From positions 72,001 through 136,000 of the forward strand of contig NW_003314358.1 in the NCBI RefSeq assembly GCF_000143415.4: DNA of 64,000 nt, written 5' to 3'. Of the stretch, positions 13,091 to 23,908 are shown in pieces. A program made the position numbers and the translations under genes. This DNA comes from Selaginella moellendorffii (lineage: Eukaryota; Plantae; Lycopodiophyta). Position 1 is the first letter of the stretch; every line of letters starts with the position of its first letter. The notes under the pieces were generated by a model, which did not search any database, was not told the origin of the DNA, and saw nothing but the letters and a program-made list of their open reading frames with translations.

Positions 13091-13181
13091 CACTTGAGGA
13101 AAAACTTGATAAGTAAAAGCGAGTTTACGCAGTGGACTTGCCAAGCTCGAGAGCGATTTCACGCTAGCTCTCGCCATGCTC

Positions 13182-14482
13182 TCACTTTGGATGTTTGTCA
13201 CAAAGTCTTCGAGAAGCCACCACCGATTCCCGCCATTGTTTCACGGGCACCTGTGACTTCAGTAAGCACAAGAGCTTTTGCAACTAAACTTGGAAAAGAA
13301 ACCATACTGCTGGAAAACCGGCATAGTCTCCTGGCTCGGTAATGTTTGAGGTAACTCCACTTTTCGCTGCGATTCGGACCTGGAGAAAAGAAAGTGCTGA
13401 AGAGATTGGCAACATCAGGAAGTAGGACCTTTGAAGCGATTTCTATGTGGTCCGCAACACCTGCTTGGCCACCCAAGACTACATTATCTCCTAGTCTGCA
13501 GCAAAGAAAAAAGAGAAAGATCTCAAGAACAACAAGGTTGTTCGTACTTACGTGCAAGATCCGGCAATTCCAACTTGTCCACAAATCATACAGTCGCATC
13601 CTATCACAACATTGTGTCCAATCTACATGCAAACAAGCCAAGAGTAAGCTCAAGAAAAGAAAACGTTTCTCAAACCTGGACCAAGTTGTCAAGCTTCGTG
13701 TTATCCCCGATGACTGTGTCACGCCAGCTGACGATCCATCCAGAGCAAACGAGACTTAAGAAGAACATGTAACATCTTTTGTTACCTCCCACGGTCGATG
13801 GACGAATTGGCACCGATTTCCACACTGTTTCCAATCTTTACCCGCAACTCCTAAGAAAAAAAAGACAAAAGGATCATGAGATAAGAGAAGAAAGAACGCA
13901 TAGAAACTTTCCTGGGGCTTCTTGACAATGCTATTGTTTGAGTCGTAAGTGAATCCAAAACCTTGGAAGAAATCACGAATCACATAAGAAAAAGCTTTCG
14001 GAAAGAAACATACCATCTTGTCCCACGCAAACACCGCTATGGAGGGTGCAAAAATCTCCAATCGAACAGTTTTGCAGCACCACGTTATACCTGTGACATC
14101 GAAGTTGCCAAAAGAGAGGGTGAGAATAAAGGAAGAACTCCGATACCTCAATACCACCGAAGAACCAATGCAAACATCCGGTCCAACAATACATCCCGAT
14201 CCAACGTGAGAAGACTCACCGATCGTGGCACCAGCGTGTACAACTCCACTGATTTCCACCACCACCGATGGATCAACCCGCGCAAGCCTGTGCACATTTC
14301 CCCCGCCTCTATCCCATCTCTCAAACTCTGGAGCTTGAGCAAACCAAGCACTCTGGATTTTGGGCACTAGAACCAAAGCACCAGTAAGAGGACCTTGTCC
14401 GCATTCTTGCGAGGGAATCGCTCGAGACACTACCTGCGTGGCGCCTTGAAATCGCCAGCACTTGGATCGCTAGCCGCGCCAT
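13182..14482 (-). CDS. LpxD: UDP-3-O-acylglucosamine N-acyltransferase (lipid A pathway), multi-exon
   Basis: Hexapeptide repeats. Spliced reading gives [62 protein letters not shown]. ATG at 14482, TGA at 13182-13184, GT-AG introns. Confidence 0.9.
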
Positions 14483-14610
14483 CGAAAATTAGGGTTCTTG
14501 GGGTTTATCCTATGTTCTAAATTTTGCCAATGCGGCTGCGATGATGGATCGTGACGCGCGCGGCGACGCGAGATCTGGCTCCGCGGCGATGAATCCTCCA
14601 TCGCGTTTTC

Positions 14611-16764
14611 ATGAAGGCGCTCAAGAATGCCGCGGCGGCCAGCATCCCCGAGTTTCTTGCTGCTCTCAAGAACTGCCGCGGCTCCAAGGATCTCCATACA
14701 GGTATGAAGATACATCGCGACTTGATCCAGTGTGGGAAGGACAGGCACATCTTCGTTGCCAACACTCTCATTGCGATGTATGCTAGATGCGGCAGCCTGG
14801 TGGATGCTCGCCGGATCTTCGACACAATGCCGCATCACAGCCTTGTCTCTTGGAGCGTTTTGATCGGGGGCTATTCCCAGAATGGAGAGGGGAGTTTAGC
14901 TGTGGAGTTATTCCAGAGGATCCAGGAAGAGGGAAGTTGTCAACCGGACTCCACGCTCTTTGTCGCTGCTTTGAACGCGTGCTCGAGCTTGGCAGTGAAG
15001 GATGACTGCCACGATCGAGAAGACAAATCTACGAGCAATGGAATCTGGCTAGAAAAGGGGAAGTCAATGCATGATCAGCTGAGAAAAGATGGTCACGAAT
15101 CCAACCTCTTTGTTGCGAATTCTTTGGTGGATATGTACGGAAGATGCGAGAATTGTTTTCGAGGGAATGGTTTGTCGAAATGTGGTGACTTGGGGAGCTT
15201 TGATTCTTGGATATGCGTATAATGGACAAGGAGAGACAGCTCTAGCGATGTTCTCACGCATGGAGGAGGAAGGTTGTGATCCTGACTCACAGGTTTTCAT
15301 TGCGACGCTTAAGGCTTGCATTGATATTGGAGAGAAAGAAGTTGGAGAAATGGTGAAGGGAAAGGTGGTAAAAACTGCAAGTTTGGAGAAAGGAAGAGTT
15401 CTCCACGCCAAGCTTTCTTTGAGAGGATACGAGGCAGAAATTTTTGTAGCGAATACACTGCTGGATATGTATTGCAAGTGTGGGAGCATGGTGGAAGCAC
15501 GCAGGGTGTTTGAGAGAATGCCAAGCCACAGCCTTGTCTCATGGGACACTCTCATCAATGGATACTCTCAGAGCGATGAAGGAGAGCTCGCCCTTGAGCT
15601 CTTCAAGCGCATGGAAGACAAAGGCTTTGTAGCGGACACTCGGCTCTTCATGGCGGCGTTGCGAGCTTGTGGAAGTATTGCTGCATTAGAAGCCGGAAGA
15701 AGGATTCATGCACAAGTTTCTGGTAGCTTACTGGAGAAAGATGTGCTCTTGGCGAATTCTCTCGTCAGCTTTTATGCAAAATGTGGAAGCATGGACGATG
15801 CTAAGCAGGTGTTTGATTCCATTGGGCAGAAGGACATGGTTTCATGGACCGCTTTGATCGCTGGATATAGCCATCAAGGAGATTCTAAGCAAGTGTTTGA
15901 GCTATTCGAGAGAATGCAAAAGGAGAGCGTGAAACCAAACGGAGTCACTTATCTCTCGGTGCTCACGGTCTGCAGCCATGCGGGCTTGTGGATCAAGGAA
16001 AGAGATACTTCGAAGCGATGAACACGGTTCATTCAATCTCTCCCAGCCTTGAGCACTATATCTGCGTGATAGATCTTCTCGGCCGTGGGAATCAGCTGGA
16101 ACAAGCACTATCAGCACTCGAGAGCATGCCTTACAAGCCAACTTTGGTGGCATGGAGGACGGTTCTAAGCGCTGCAAGGAAGTGGAAGAATGTAAGTGTT
16201 GGCCGCCTTGCTTTTGAGTCGATACTGAGGCTGGACGATAAAGACGATGCGGCCTATTTGCTCATGGCGAACACGTACGCTGCTGCTGGTTTGTGGGAGG
16301 ACTTCGCTCGGGTGGAGGCAATGAGGAAAGAAGCTCGGTGTTGGAAGAAGCTTGGACAAAGCTGGTGGATTGACAGTGCCGGAAAAGTCCACAGGTTCGT
16401 CGTTGGGGACACTACTCACCACCAAAACGAGCAGATCCTCGCAAAGCTCGGAGAACTCCAGTCCAGAATCAAGGAAGAAGCGGGCTACACTCCCAACCTC
16501 GACTGTGTCCTCCGAGCTCTTCCAGACAACGAGAAGGAGTCGGCACTGTGCGGACACAGCGAGAGACTAGCGATTTGCTGCGCTCTCTTCAACACACGAG
16601 CGGGGACCACGATCAGGATCATAAAAAACCTCCGCGTTTTCGAAGACTGCCACCGAGTCACGTCGATCATCTCCAAGCTCGAGCGGCGAGCTATCATCTG
16701 CAGAGACGCGGTTCGGTTCCATCTGTTTGAGGATGGATGCTGCTCCTGCCGAGAGTTTCGGTGA
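14611..16764 (+). pseudogene. PLS-class PPR protein with E domains and a DYW deaminase domain (WW type), two frameshifts
   Basis: Three consecutive ORFs (14611-15222, 15089-16021, 15988-16764) join into one PPR array. C-terminus has KKLGQSWW, HSERLA, LRVFEDCH and CSCREFR. Confidence 0.9.
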
Positions 16765-17239
16765 CAATCAATGGTAACAACAGATTTTCTTAAGTTCTCC
16801 AGTGACCAACAAGCACGTAAACAAGAACAAAGGTGTGATATCTCTGTCTAATATTGATACATGTTTTTTTTCCTTTCCAGGATCCAAGACCACGACGATC
16901 CCGGCCCTGCCACGGACGCTAGGTGCCAATCAAACTTTGCCATCCCCAAGGTAAAAAAGAAAAAAAAAAAAAGATTTTTCATAGCTTTGAGCATTCACCC
17001 CGCCACATGCCCGATTTTGTCCAGGGTACAATTGTCGCTGCCTTCGTCTTTGAGTGCCTCGTGCAGATTCGCATTTGTCAGGAATTATCGATCCTGACAC
17101 GAACAATCAAACACCCAGAAAACTGCCATGGAAGTTCATCTTCTAGTGACTTGTTTGCTCATCCAAATCTTGAGCTATATAATAAGGCCCCTCACTACTG
17201 CACTCCACTCCAGCTTTTGCCTCAAATCACTTTACAACG

Positions 17240-17563
17240 ATGGCAATTTCTATCACTTATAAGCTTGTGTTCTTCATGACCGCGTCTGTATTCTTCTTCT
17301 TCACGAGCACCACTGCCGCCGTTCTTAATCAAGCCCAGTGTGAAGAACAGATAACAGCCAGCTGCACGAAGGATGGCATTCCATCATCGGAAAAGTGCTG
17401 TGCAACAATTGCAAGGATCAAGCAGGAGTCCCCTAATTGTTTGTGTGGGTTATTCGTGCAGCCAGGCAGGGATCGCCGCAGCTGCTATATCGGTGGATAC
17501 TGCCCGCCTGCAAACGATCTCATGACTGGATGCAACATTTCCAATAACGATCTCCAGTGCTGA
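17240..17563 (+). CDS. Secreted cysteine-rich nsLTP/prolamin-fold protein
   Basis: Hydrophobic signal peptide and C..C..CC..CLC..C..C pattern. TATA-like TATATAA at ~17176. Confidence 0.75.
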   Translation: MAISITYKLVFFMTASVFFFFTSTTAAVLNQAQCEEQITASCTKDGIPSSEKCCATIARIKQESPNCLCGLFVQPGRDRRSCYIGGYCPPANDLMTGCNISNNDLQC

Positions 17564-17689
17564 GTGGAATTACCTTAAATGGTTCGGATGAACATCACAA
17601 TGTGAAACATTGCATAAATAATATATGTACGGTTAATTGCATTAATTAGTTTTATATGTTTAATTTAGCCCTTGGTTGGATATGGTAAA

Positions 17690-18230
17690 CGCTCACTTAA
17701 GCCACACTTATCACCGAAAACGCTCTCAAACAGGAGGATGTGATTCATCACATAAAGTTTTTCCTCAAGTGTCCATGCGTCGAGAATCGTGGTGGTCCAT
17801 GTTGACAGTATTTGGCCACCAAAACCGCTCTCAAACAGGAGGATGTGCTTAATCACATCAACATGTGTATGTTTTCTTCCATGCATCGAGAATTATGGTC
17901 CATGTTGCGCTATTTGGCTTCCATTTACAGTGCAGCTGAACCAAACGCCATGACTACGCCCCAGACAAAAAGCCCAGGAAAGAGCAATTGGATGTAGTGC
18001 ATGCCCGCGGATTTCCAATTTCTTGGTAAACAGGACCTCATTGTCAATACCCTGCTGCCAGTTTTGGAAAGCTGGAGATTATGATTGTTCTAGTGCGCAA
18101 GTGCTTCTTTTGAATGTTTTTGTGATGGAGGTACTCCTTTCTTTGTTTTGTATGTAACAAGGCCAAGCTACAAGCAAAGAAGGCCTTTGGATCCTGGTCT
18201 AGTCAATGAAGTGGACTGGAAGCCAGGTAT
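17690..18230 (+). pseudogene. Possible heavily decayed PPR remnant containing a 105-bp duplication
   Basis: Repeat units start at 17712 and 17817 (105 bp = 35 codons). One frame reads HKVFPQVSMRRESWWSMLTVFG. Confidence 0.35.
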
Positions 18231-18597
18231 GTACTGCAAATTTCATGAGCAAGATTAACTAAGTATGATAGTAATATGTAGTTTACTTCAAGTCAGGACA
18301 ACTAAATAAGGGAAAAATAATTGTAAGGGAAAATAAGGGAAGACTTAGCATTTTTTTGCTAAAACTAATTAAAATATGACTCAGATCATATTTTTGTCTT
18401 TTGATATTTCTTTCTAAAAACACCTTTATATGCTCCACAAGCAAGGAGCTAGGCATCTGGGCATGACGAAAGGCAAGGCTTGCATTGAATCGAGAAAAAC
18501 TTTAGACAAGGATCTGCTGCTATGCGGGGCAAAAAATGAAAATTCTATTCTTCTCTTCACGACATTTCTATTGATACGTTGGCGGTGCCGGTGCTGG

Positions 18598-19535
18598 TCA
18601 CACTGATATAAACAGCTTAAGCTTTTCGCATTCCTGGAAATCGTCAAACACGCAAAGAGTGTTGGGATATCATACTGGTAATTGCTTCATGGAAAGATCT
18701 CCGTTTTCTCACTCTTTTTTTCTTTGAGGTTCTTGAGCGTTTCCTGGATGAGATTCACTTTGGCAGTCTCCTCGTCTTGGTATTTCTGGAGCGTCGCTAG
18801 ATTGTCTTGATTCTCTCGCATCTCAGACAGCACCCGGTGATACTCGAGATTCACCTGCCGGTATTTTCGCTACCCTCATCTTTACCTTTCATCTTTTTCA
18901 TTTTTCCCATTCGAAGTACCTTCTCAAGACGAACTTTTGTCTCTTGCTCTCGGCTTTCCAGCTGCACCACCTTTCTCTGCGCGTCGGCAATGTCTCTGGC
19001 GAGCTTCTGGAGAAGAAAGCGAAAGAAGAGTCAAAAAGGAAGAGCACGGAGGCCCTGGAGCAAGCATCGTCTCACGGCCTTGGCTTCGACGCTGTTGAGG
19101 AATCCGGGGCGGGATTCTTCTGAAGTTATTGATGAGCTTCTGCAGCGACAGGTTAAGCGCCTGCGAGACGATCCTCTGCCGGCAATACGGGCACGTCTTC
19201 TTGCGGTTCGTCACCGTGTGGATCTCAAGGCACTGCCCAAGACGAGCAACGAGAAGATCGCCATTGATGATCCGATTGGTGCAAACCTTTGCGCAGAAGG
19301 TGTGGCCGCACGGGTAGAGCAGGATGGGCGAGTACGTGGGCGATTTCATGAGCTCGAAGAAAATGGGGCATATGTTGCTCTCGATCTCCGCCGCCAAAGA
19401 GCTTTGCGCGCGAAAAGCGAGAGAGAAAATCGATCAGGGCGGGGAGAAATGGATTGATTGGAGAAATGATCGATACCAGGCAATGGCGGGGGCATCGTGA
19501 AATAGCAGCGGCCATGGAGCGTCGGAATCGGCCAT
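18598..19535 (-). pseudogene. RING-HC/coiled-coil gene copy, disrupted
   Basis: Same CPIxFELM..PCGHTFC..CPYCR region as 44018-45062, but with CPIC changed to CPIF, deletions after LINNF causing a frameshift, and loss of the last splice donor. Confidence 0.8.
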
Positions 19536-19899
19536 GTCTTGGTCGCCATAGCTTCGTCCAACTGCCGAAGCGATTGATCCCGGTAGACATAGAATATCCC
19601 CCAATTTAAATTCCAGTAGTCCTGGGTTCGATATCGAGAATGGGCTCTTAGTTTTTTCAATGAAAAAGGAAGAGCTTCATTTCCAATTGTAAAACTAGGT
19701 TTGGATCGCTGGAGAGTGTGATTCTCCATATGATTCTCCACCCTTGAGTGACAGTTCTTCAGGGAAGAGCTCTGGTGACTCATCATCCTCAAGTCTTGAG
19801 CATCTGCGAACAATTCCTTCAATGGGTTAGAAGCTTGGGTAGACATTATAAGCTTGTACATGTTGAGATTACGCAAACAATCCAGGAAGTAATCCTTCT

Positions 19900-20520
19900 C
19901 CACCTCCTCCATATAGTCACTTAGAACTTGGCTAAGCATCCCAAACACTATTGATATCCTTTCAAGGATATGAGGGTATTTATCTAGAGAAAGAACGGCT
20001 CTATAACCTCTCCTTGATCGTAACCGATGCACATCTCTTAATCAGTTTGCTCACCTCTCCTTGACTGCTCCAATGACTCAGCTGTCCCAACACTCCCCCT
20101 CAGCCGAGAGCTCTTCCTCAAATCTGACCTGGTTCCATGCCTAGCATTTTTCTCAGCCGCTGAAATGTTGATTTGTCTAGGGGCTTGGTGAGGATGTTTG
20201 CTACCATGCCTTCACACTTGTCTCCTTGCAATGTGATCCCGGATCATGTGGAAGCGAGCCTCAATGTACTTAGTTGTCCCATGGAGACCAGGATTGTGGG
20301 CTAGCTGTATTGTTGTTGAGAAGTTGAGTTGGTGCTTGTTGTGTCTCTCCTAGGTCCTCAAGAAGCCTTGTAGGCCAAAGAACTTCTTTTATAGCAGCAT
20401 CCACAGCCATATATTCTGCTTCACAAGTTGAAGTAGCCACTAGTTGGGAGGTTTCCTTGTCACCAAGTAATCAGCATTAGCAAACCCAAGTATCCTCTCC
20501 CCCTGTGCAAGCAGTTCCTC
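19900..20520 (-). mobile_element. Ty1/Copia RNase H end, PPT and start of LTR
   Basis: The minus strand reads VATSTCEAEYMA..AIKEVLW..LLEDL..IQLAHNP..HGTTKYIEARFHMIRD, then GAGGGGGAG followed by TGTTGGGACAGC. Confidence 0.75.
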
Positions 20521-20903
20521 ATATCGATATTTCTGTTAGGCTGCGTGCCAGTACCCCAAACCAGGATTTTGCAGAAACTGGAGCCATTTGCACCTGCTCT
20601 TTATTCTTGAAATGTGCTAAATTTAAGTGATGAATACATTCGCACTATGTTTTAAAATAAAGTAAATTACTTTACATTAAAATTTAGGATATTTTTTTAA
20701 AACATTTTGATTCGCACACAGTGCTAACTTTAACACAATGTTTTCACTTTTTAAAACATTCAAACCAATTTTAAAAGATGGGGGGGTTTCTTTAAAACTT
20801 AAAATATTTTTAAAAGGAATCTCCAAGATTCCCCAAAGATTCTAGTGCCCTGATTAAGGCATTTCAGATTTTTGTCGCGAGCTGCCGTGAGCTCAGGCAT
20901 TTT

Positions 20904-22336
20904 ATGGTGGGGGAGCCGACAACAGTCATTGCCCTAGGGTTAGATCCTGTTGGGGATTTAGTGGAGGAAGGAGGAGGAGTTGATTTTGGGGAAGGAGGAG
21001 CTGTAGGGTTTGACGAGGAGATGGTGTGGGTTCGGGGCCATCCAGCGAGGAGGTGCTGCTCGTGGAGTGAGGAGCAATCATGGTGGAGGAGCATTTGGGG
21101 CTGGAGGACGAGCACCAGGCCCAGCTGTTGCTCGAGGAGGTAGGCTGCCTCGGGGCCGAGGCCGTGGAGATGCCAATCTCTCGAATCTTGGCCTCAATCA
21201 GGGCGGACTTGGAGCTGGAGTGCAGGAAGCTGTAGCACGGGGAGCTGGAGCACGGGGAGCTGTAGCACAGGGAGTTGGAGCCTCTCCCCCCACGGCTTCT
21301 AGAACTCGATTGTTCTCTGAATTCTCTTCTATGACAACCAATGAGGTAAGCTTCAAACCTAGTTTAGCTCAGATTCTAGGAGAGTGGTTTCAGGTTTAGG
21401 GTGGCGAAGTAGGTGACCTGGAGCAGGAGTAGTCACCAGGACAGCAGTATATGCAATTCTAGTTTCATAACTTGGAGGAGCAGGATGACGTTGCCGTTGA
21501 ACAGAAGGTGGAAGAAGATGATCGGGGTGATGAAGAGGAAGGTGATGACGACGAGGAAGGGGAGGCAGGTGTTCATGTCGTGAAGAAAGTGAGGAAGAAA
21601 CGTGGGAAAGACTGGGGGGATGATGAGATGGCTTCCCTCATTGACTTCAAATGGGAAGATCATCTTGGAAAGATCGGGGCAATGTGGGGTAGCGAGGAGA
21701 TGACGTTGACAACAACTGATCGTTGGAAGAGGATTGCAAAGAAGATGCAGGCTGCTGGCATGCAGCGAGACTGGAAGGCTTGTCGGACTCGCTGGAACAA
21801 CCTTTGCAACGACTACAAGTGCGTTTGCGATTTCCAGAGGAAAACTGAAAACCCCGACTACTTTAGCTTGAGCCACGAGGATGCGAAGAAACTTATGCCA
21901 ATGAAGCTGAACTTGAAGGTGTTCCCAGTCTGAGTACTTCAACATCATGGATGAATTCCTAGCGAAGCAAGCATCAACATCTCCAACATTTCTTGCTGAT
22001 TCAGATGCTCTAGAAGAGGAAGCTTACGAGGAGGATCCCACGGATGGTGTTGATCCTCTTGGAGATGCTACACAGGTGCCAGGGAGTTCAGGGAAGTGAA
22101 AGAACCCGAAGAAGGCCGAGAAAAGCATGACAACTTTGTTCACTAAGGGGAATGCTCTCGCTACTGCTCGAAATGAGCAGAATCTAGCGTGGCAAAAAGA
22201 GAACATTATTTGCATGAAGGAGAATAGCCTGACTGAGAAGGAAAAGGCTGCAGCTGCAACAGTTTTAGCTGGAGCCATCTCCAACCTTGCAAGCTCCATC
22301 TCCAACTTCTTGAACGGGGCTGCATCCAGGAGTTAG
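20904..22336 (+). pseudogene. Harbinger Myb/SANT (trihelix-like) DNA-binding protein
   Basis: WGDDEMASLIDFKW..WKRIAKKMQAAGMQRDWKACRTRWNNLCNDYK. In-frame stops are present and the exon structure is uncertain. Confidence 0.8.
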
Positions 22337-22554
22337 CCGTCTTGTTTTCGGGATTTTAGGGGGACGTTAATTATTAATATTAAACTAAACTATGTTTAGG
22401 CTATGATATTTTAGATTTTTTCTAACCATTTTTTTTTCAGGATCTTGCAACAGTTCAACCTAAAGAAACAGAAGATGCTTCTGGGGAAAACGAAAGAGAT
22501 GCTCAGGAGGAACATGGTTTTTTCAACAATCAAGTAGTAGTCATCGATGCCTTA

Positions 22555-23908
22555 TTGAGGAACAAGGTAATCTTGCTTATTTTGCAAGTTTTGTTTCTCG
22601 CTATGGAGGCTTTTCAATCCATTATCGATGATAAGACCCCGGTGGCACAAACTCTTCCGGACGAGGAGGAGGACGAGGACAAGATTTGTCGAGCAATCTT
22701 GTCCAAGCGACTTGACACCGGTCTCTGGTGGGTGAAGCCACGGTGTATGACAACATGGAGCAAGTTCTTCATGGAGTTGTATGACCCTGGTCGATGGAAG
22801 CGGAAGTTGAGGATGGAGAAGAAGACGTTCTTTGGGCTTTGTGGCATTTTGGAGGCTGAAATCTGCAAGCAGGATACAAAGTTTAGGAGAGTGGTGCCAG
22901 TGGATGTTCGTTTGGGGGTCACCTTGTACAAGTTGTTCAAGAACACCGACTACTCCGACCTGTCTGACAAGTTTGGGATCGGGGAAGCCACTGCACATGA
23001 CATTGTGGTGCAGACAACTGCTGCAATTGTCAAGTGCCTCAGGTACAAGATTCGATTCCCGGAGACAACAGTGGAGGTTAGAGTTGTGGCAGCAGATTTT
23101 CAGCAAATCACCAAGACTCGTCTCCCTAATGTGGCTGGGGTGATTGACTGTACACATTTCGAGATTATTCAATCAGTTGGCTCGGATGGTGAGGGCTACT
23201 TTGATCAAAAGCAATGGTACTCGGTGATCTTGCAAGGGGTTTGTGACGCTTAGAAAAGGTTCTTGAGTATCTATGCAGGCTAGCCAGGTTTTCTTAGGGA
23301 GTGTTCATGACATGAGGGTTTTTCGGAACTCCAGGCTATGCCACAAGATCCAAGCGAGGGAATTACTCACAGTTCCTCGGGAGTTTGCTTTTGAAGAGTG
23401 GATTAAGCCATACCTGGTGGGAGACAAAGGCTACCAACTGCAGCAACACTTGATGATCCCTCACTTGGGTAAGTTGATTGTTTTTTTTTTTCTCAATTAT
23501 TCATTTGATACAGGTTCCCGGTTGACGGTGACTGAGGTGGAGTACAACCAGCAACACCATCTGGCCCGGATTGTTATTGAACAAGCATTTGGACTCTTGA
23601 AAATGAAATTCAAATGCTTGGATCAAAAACAAAGGATCAAGCCGAAGTACCTGCCGAACATCATCAAAAGTTGTTGCATCTTGCACAACTTCTTGATTGA
23701 TGTTGGTGAGACAAACATCAATGCTGAGATCAAAGCATGGGAGAAACACATTCAAGCCTTGAAAGAAGCAGAGATTTTTGAAAATTATGGGGATCCTATT
23801 GTGGCTGAGGGAGAACCACAGGAAGACTTGTGTGGGCCAGAGGATGCACAGAAGGTCCGAGAGAACTTAATCGACTTCCTATGTTTGCGGCGTCGTAGAA
23901 CTGCGTGA
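22555..23908 (+). pseudogene. Harbinger DDE transposase (DDE_Tnp_4 type)
   Basis: GVIDCTHF, GSVHDMRVF, GDKGY, RIVIEQAFGLLK and CCILHNF motifs. TAG at 23251 followed by a frameshift. Probable short intron at ~23469-23513. Confidence 0.9.

Larger units (their letters stand above)
18466..20540 (-). repeat. Inverted duplicate of 42763-45204
   Basis: Reverse-complement identity is traceable end to end apart from several internal deletions. Confidence 0.9.

Noticed and set aside
13182-14482. LpxD as bacterial contamination or recent horizontal transfer
   Set aside because: It has several spliceosomal introns, and plant LpxD homologues are known.
19346-20032. 228-aa ORF
   Set aside because: It runs from Copia LTR sequence into the RING upstream region and is not kept open in the 43200-44100 copy.
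20540-20580. Harbinger alternative transposition as the cause of the inverted duplication
   Set aside because: Homology ends ~40 bp short of the TIR and the element has an intact TSD.
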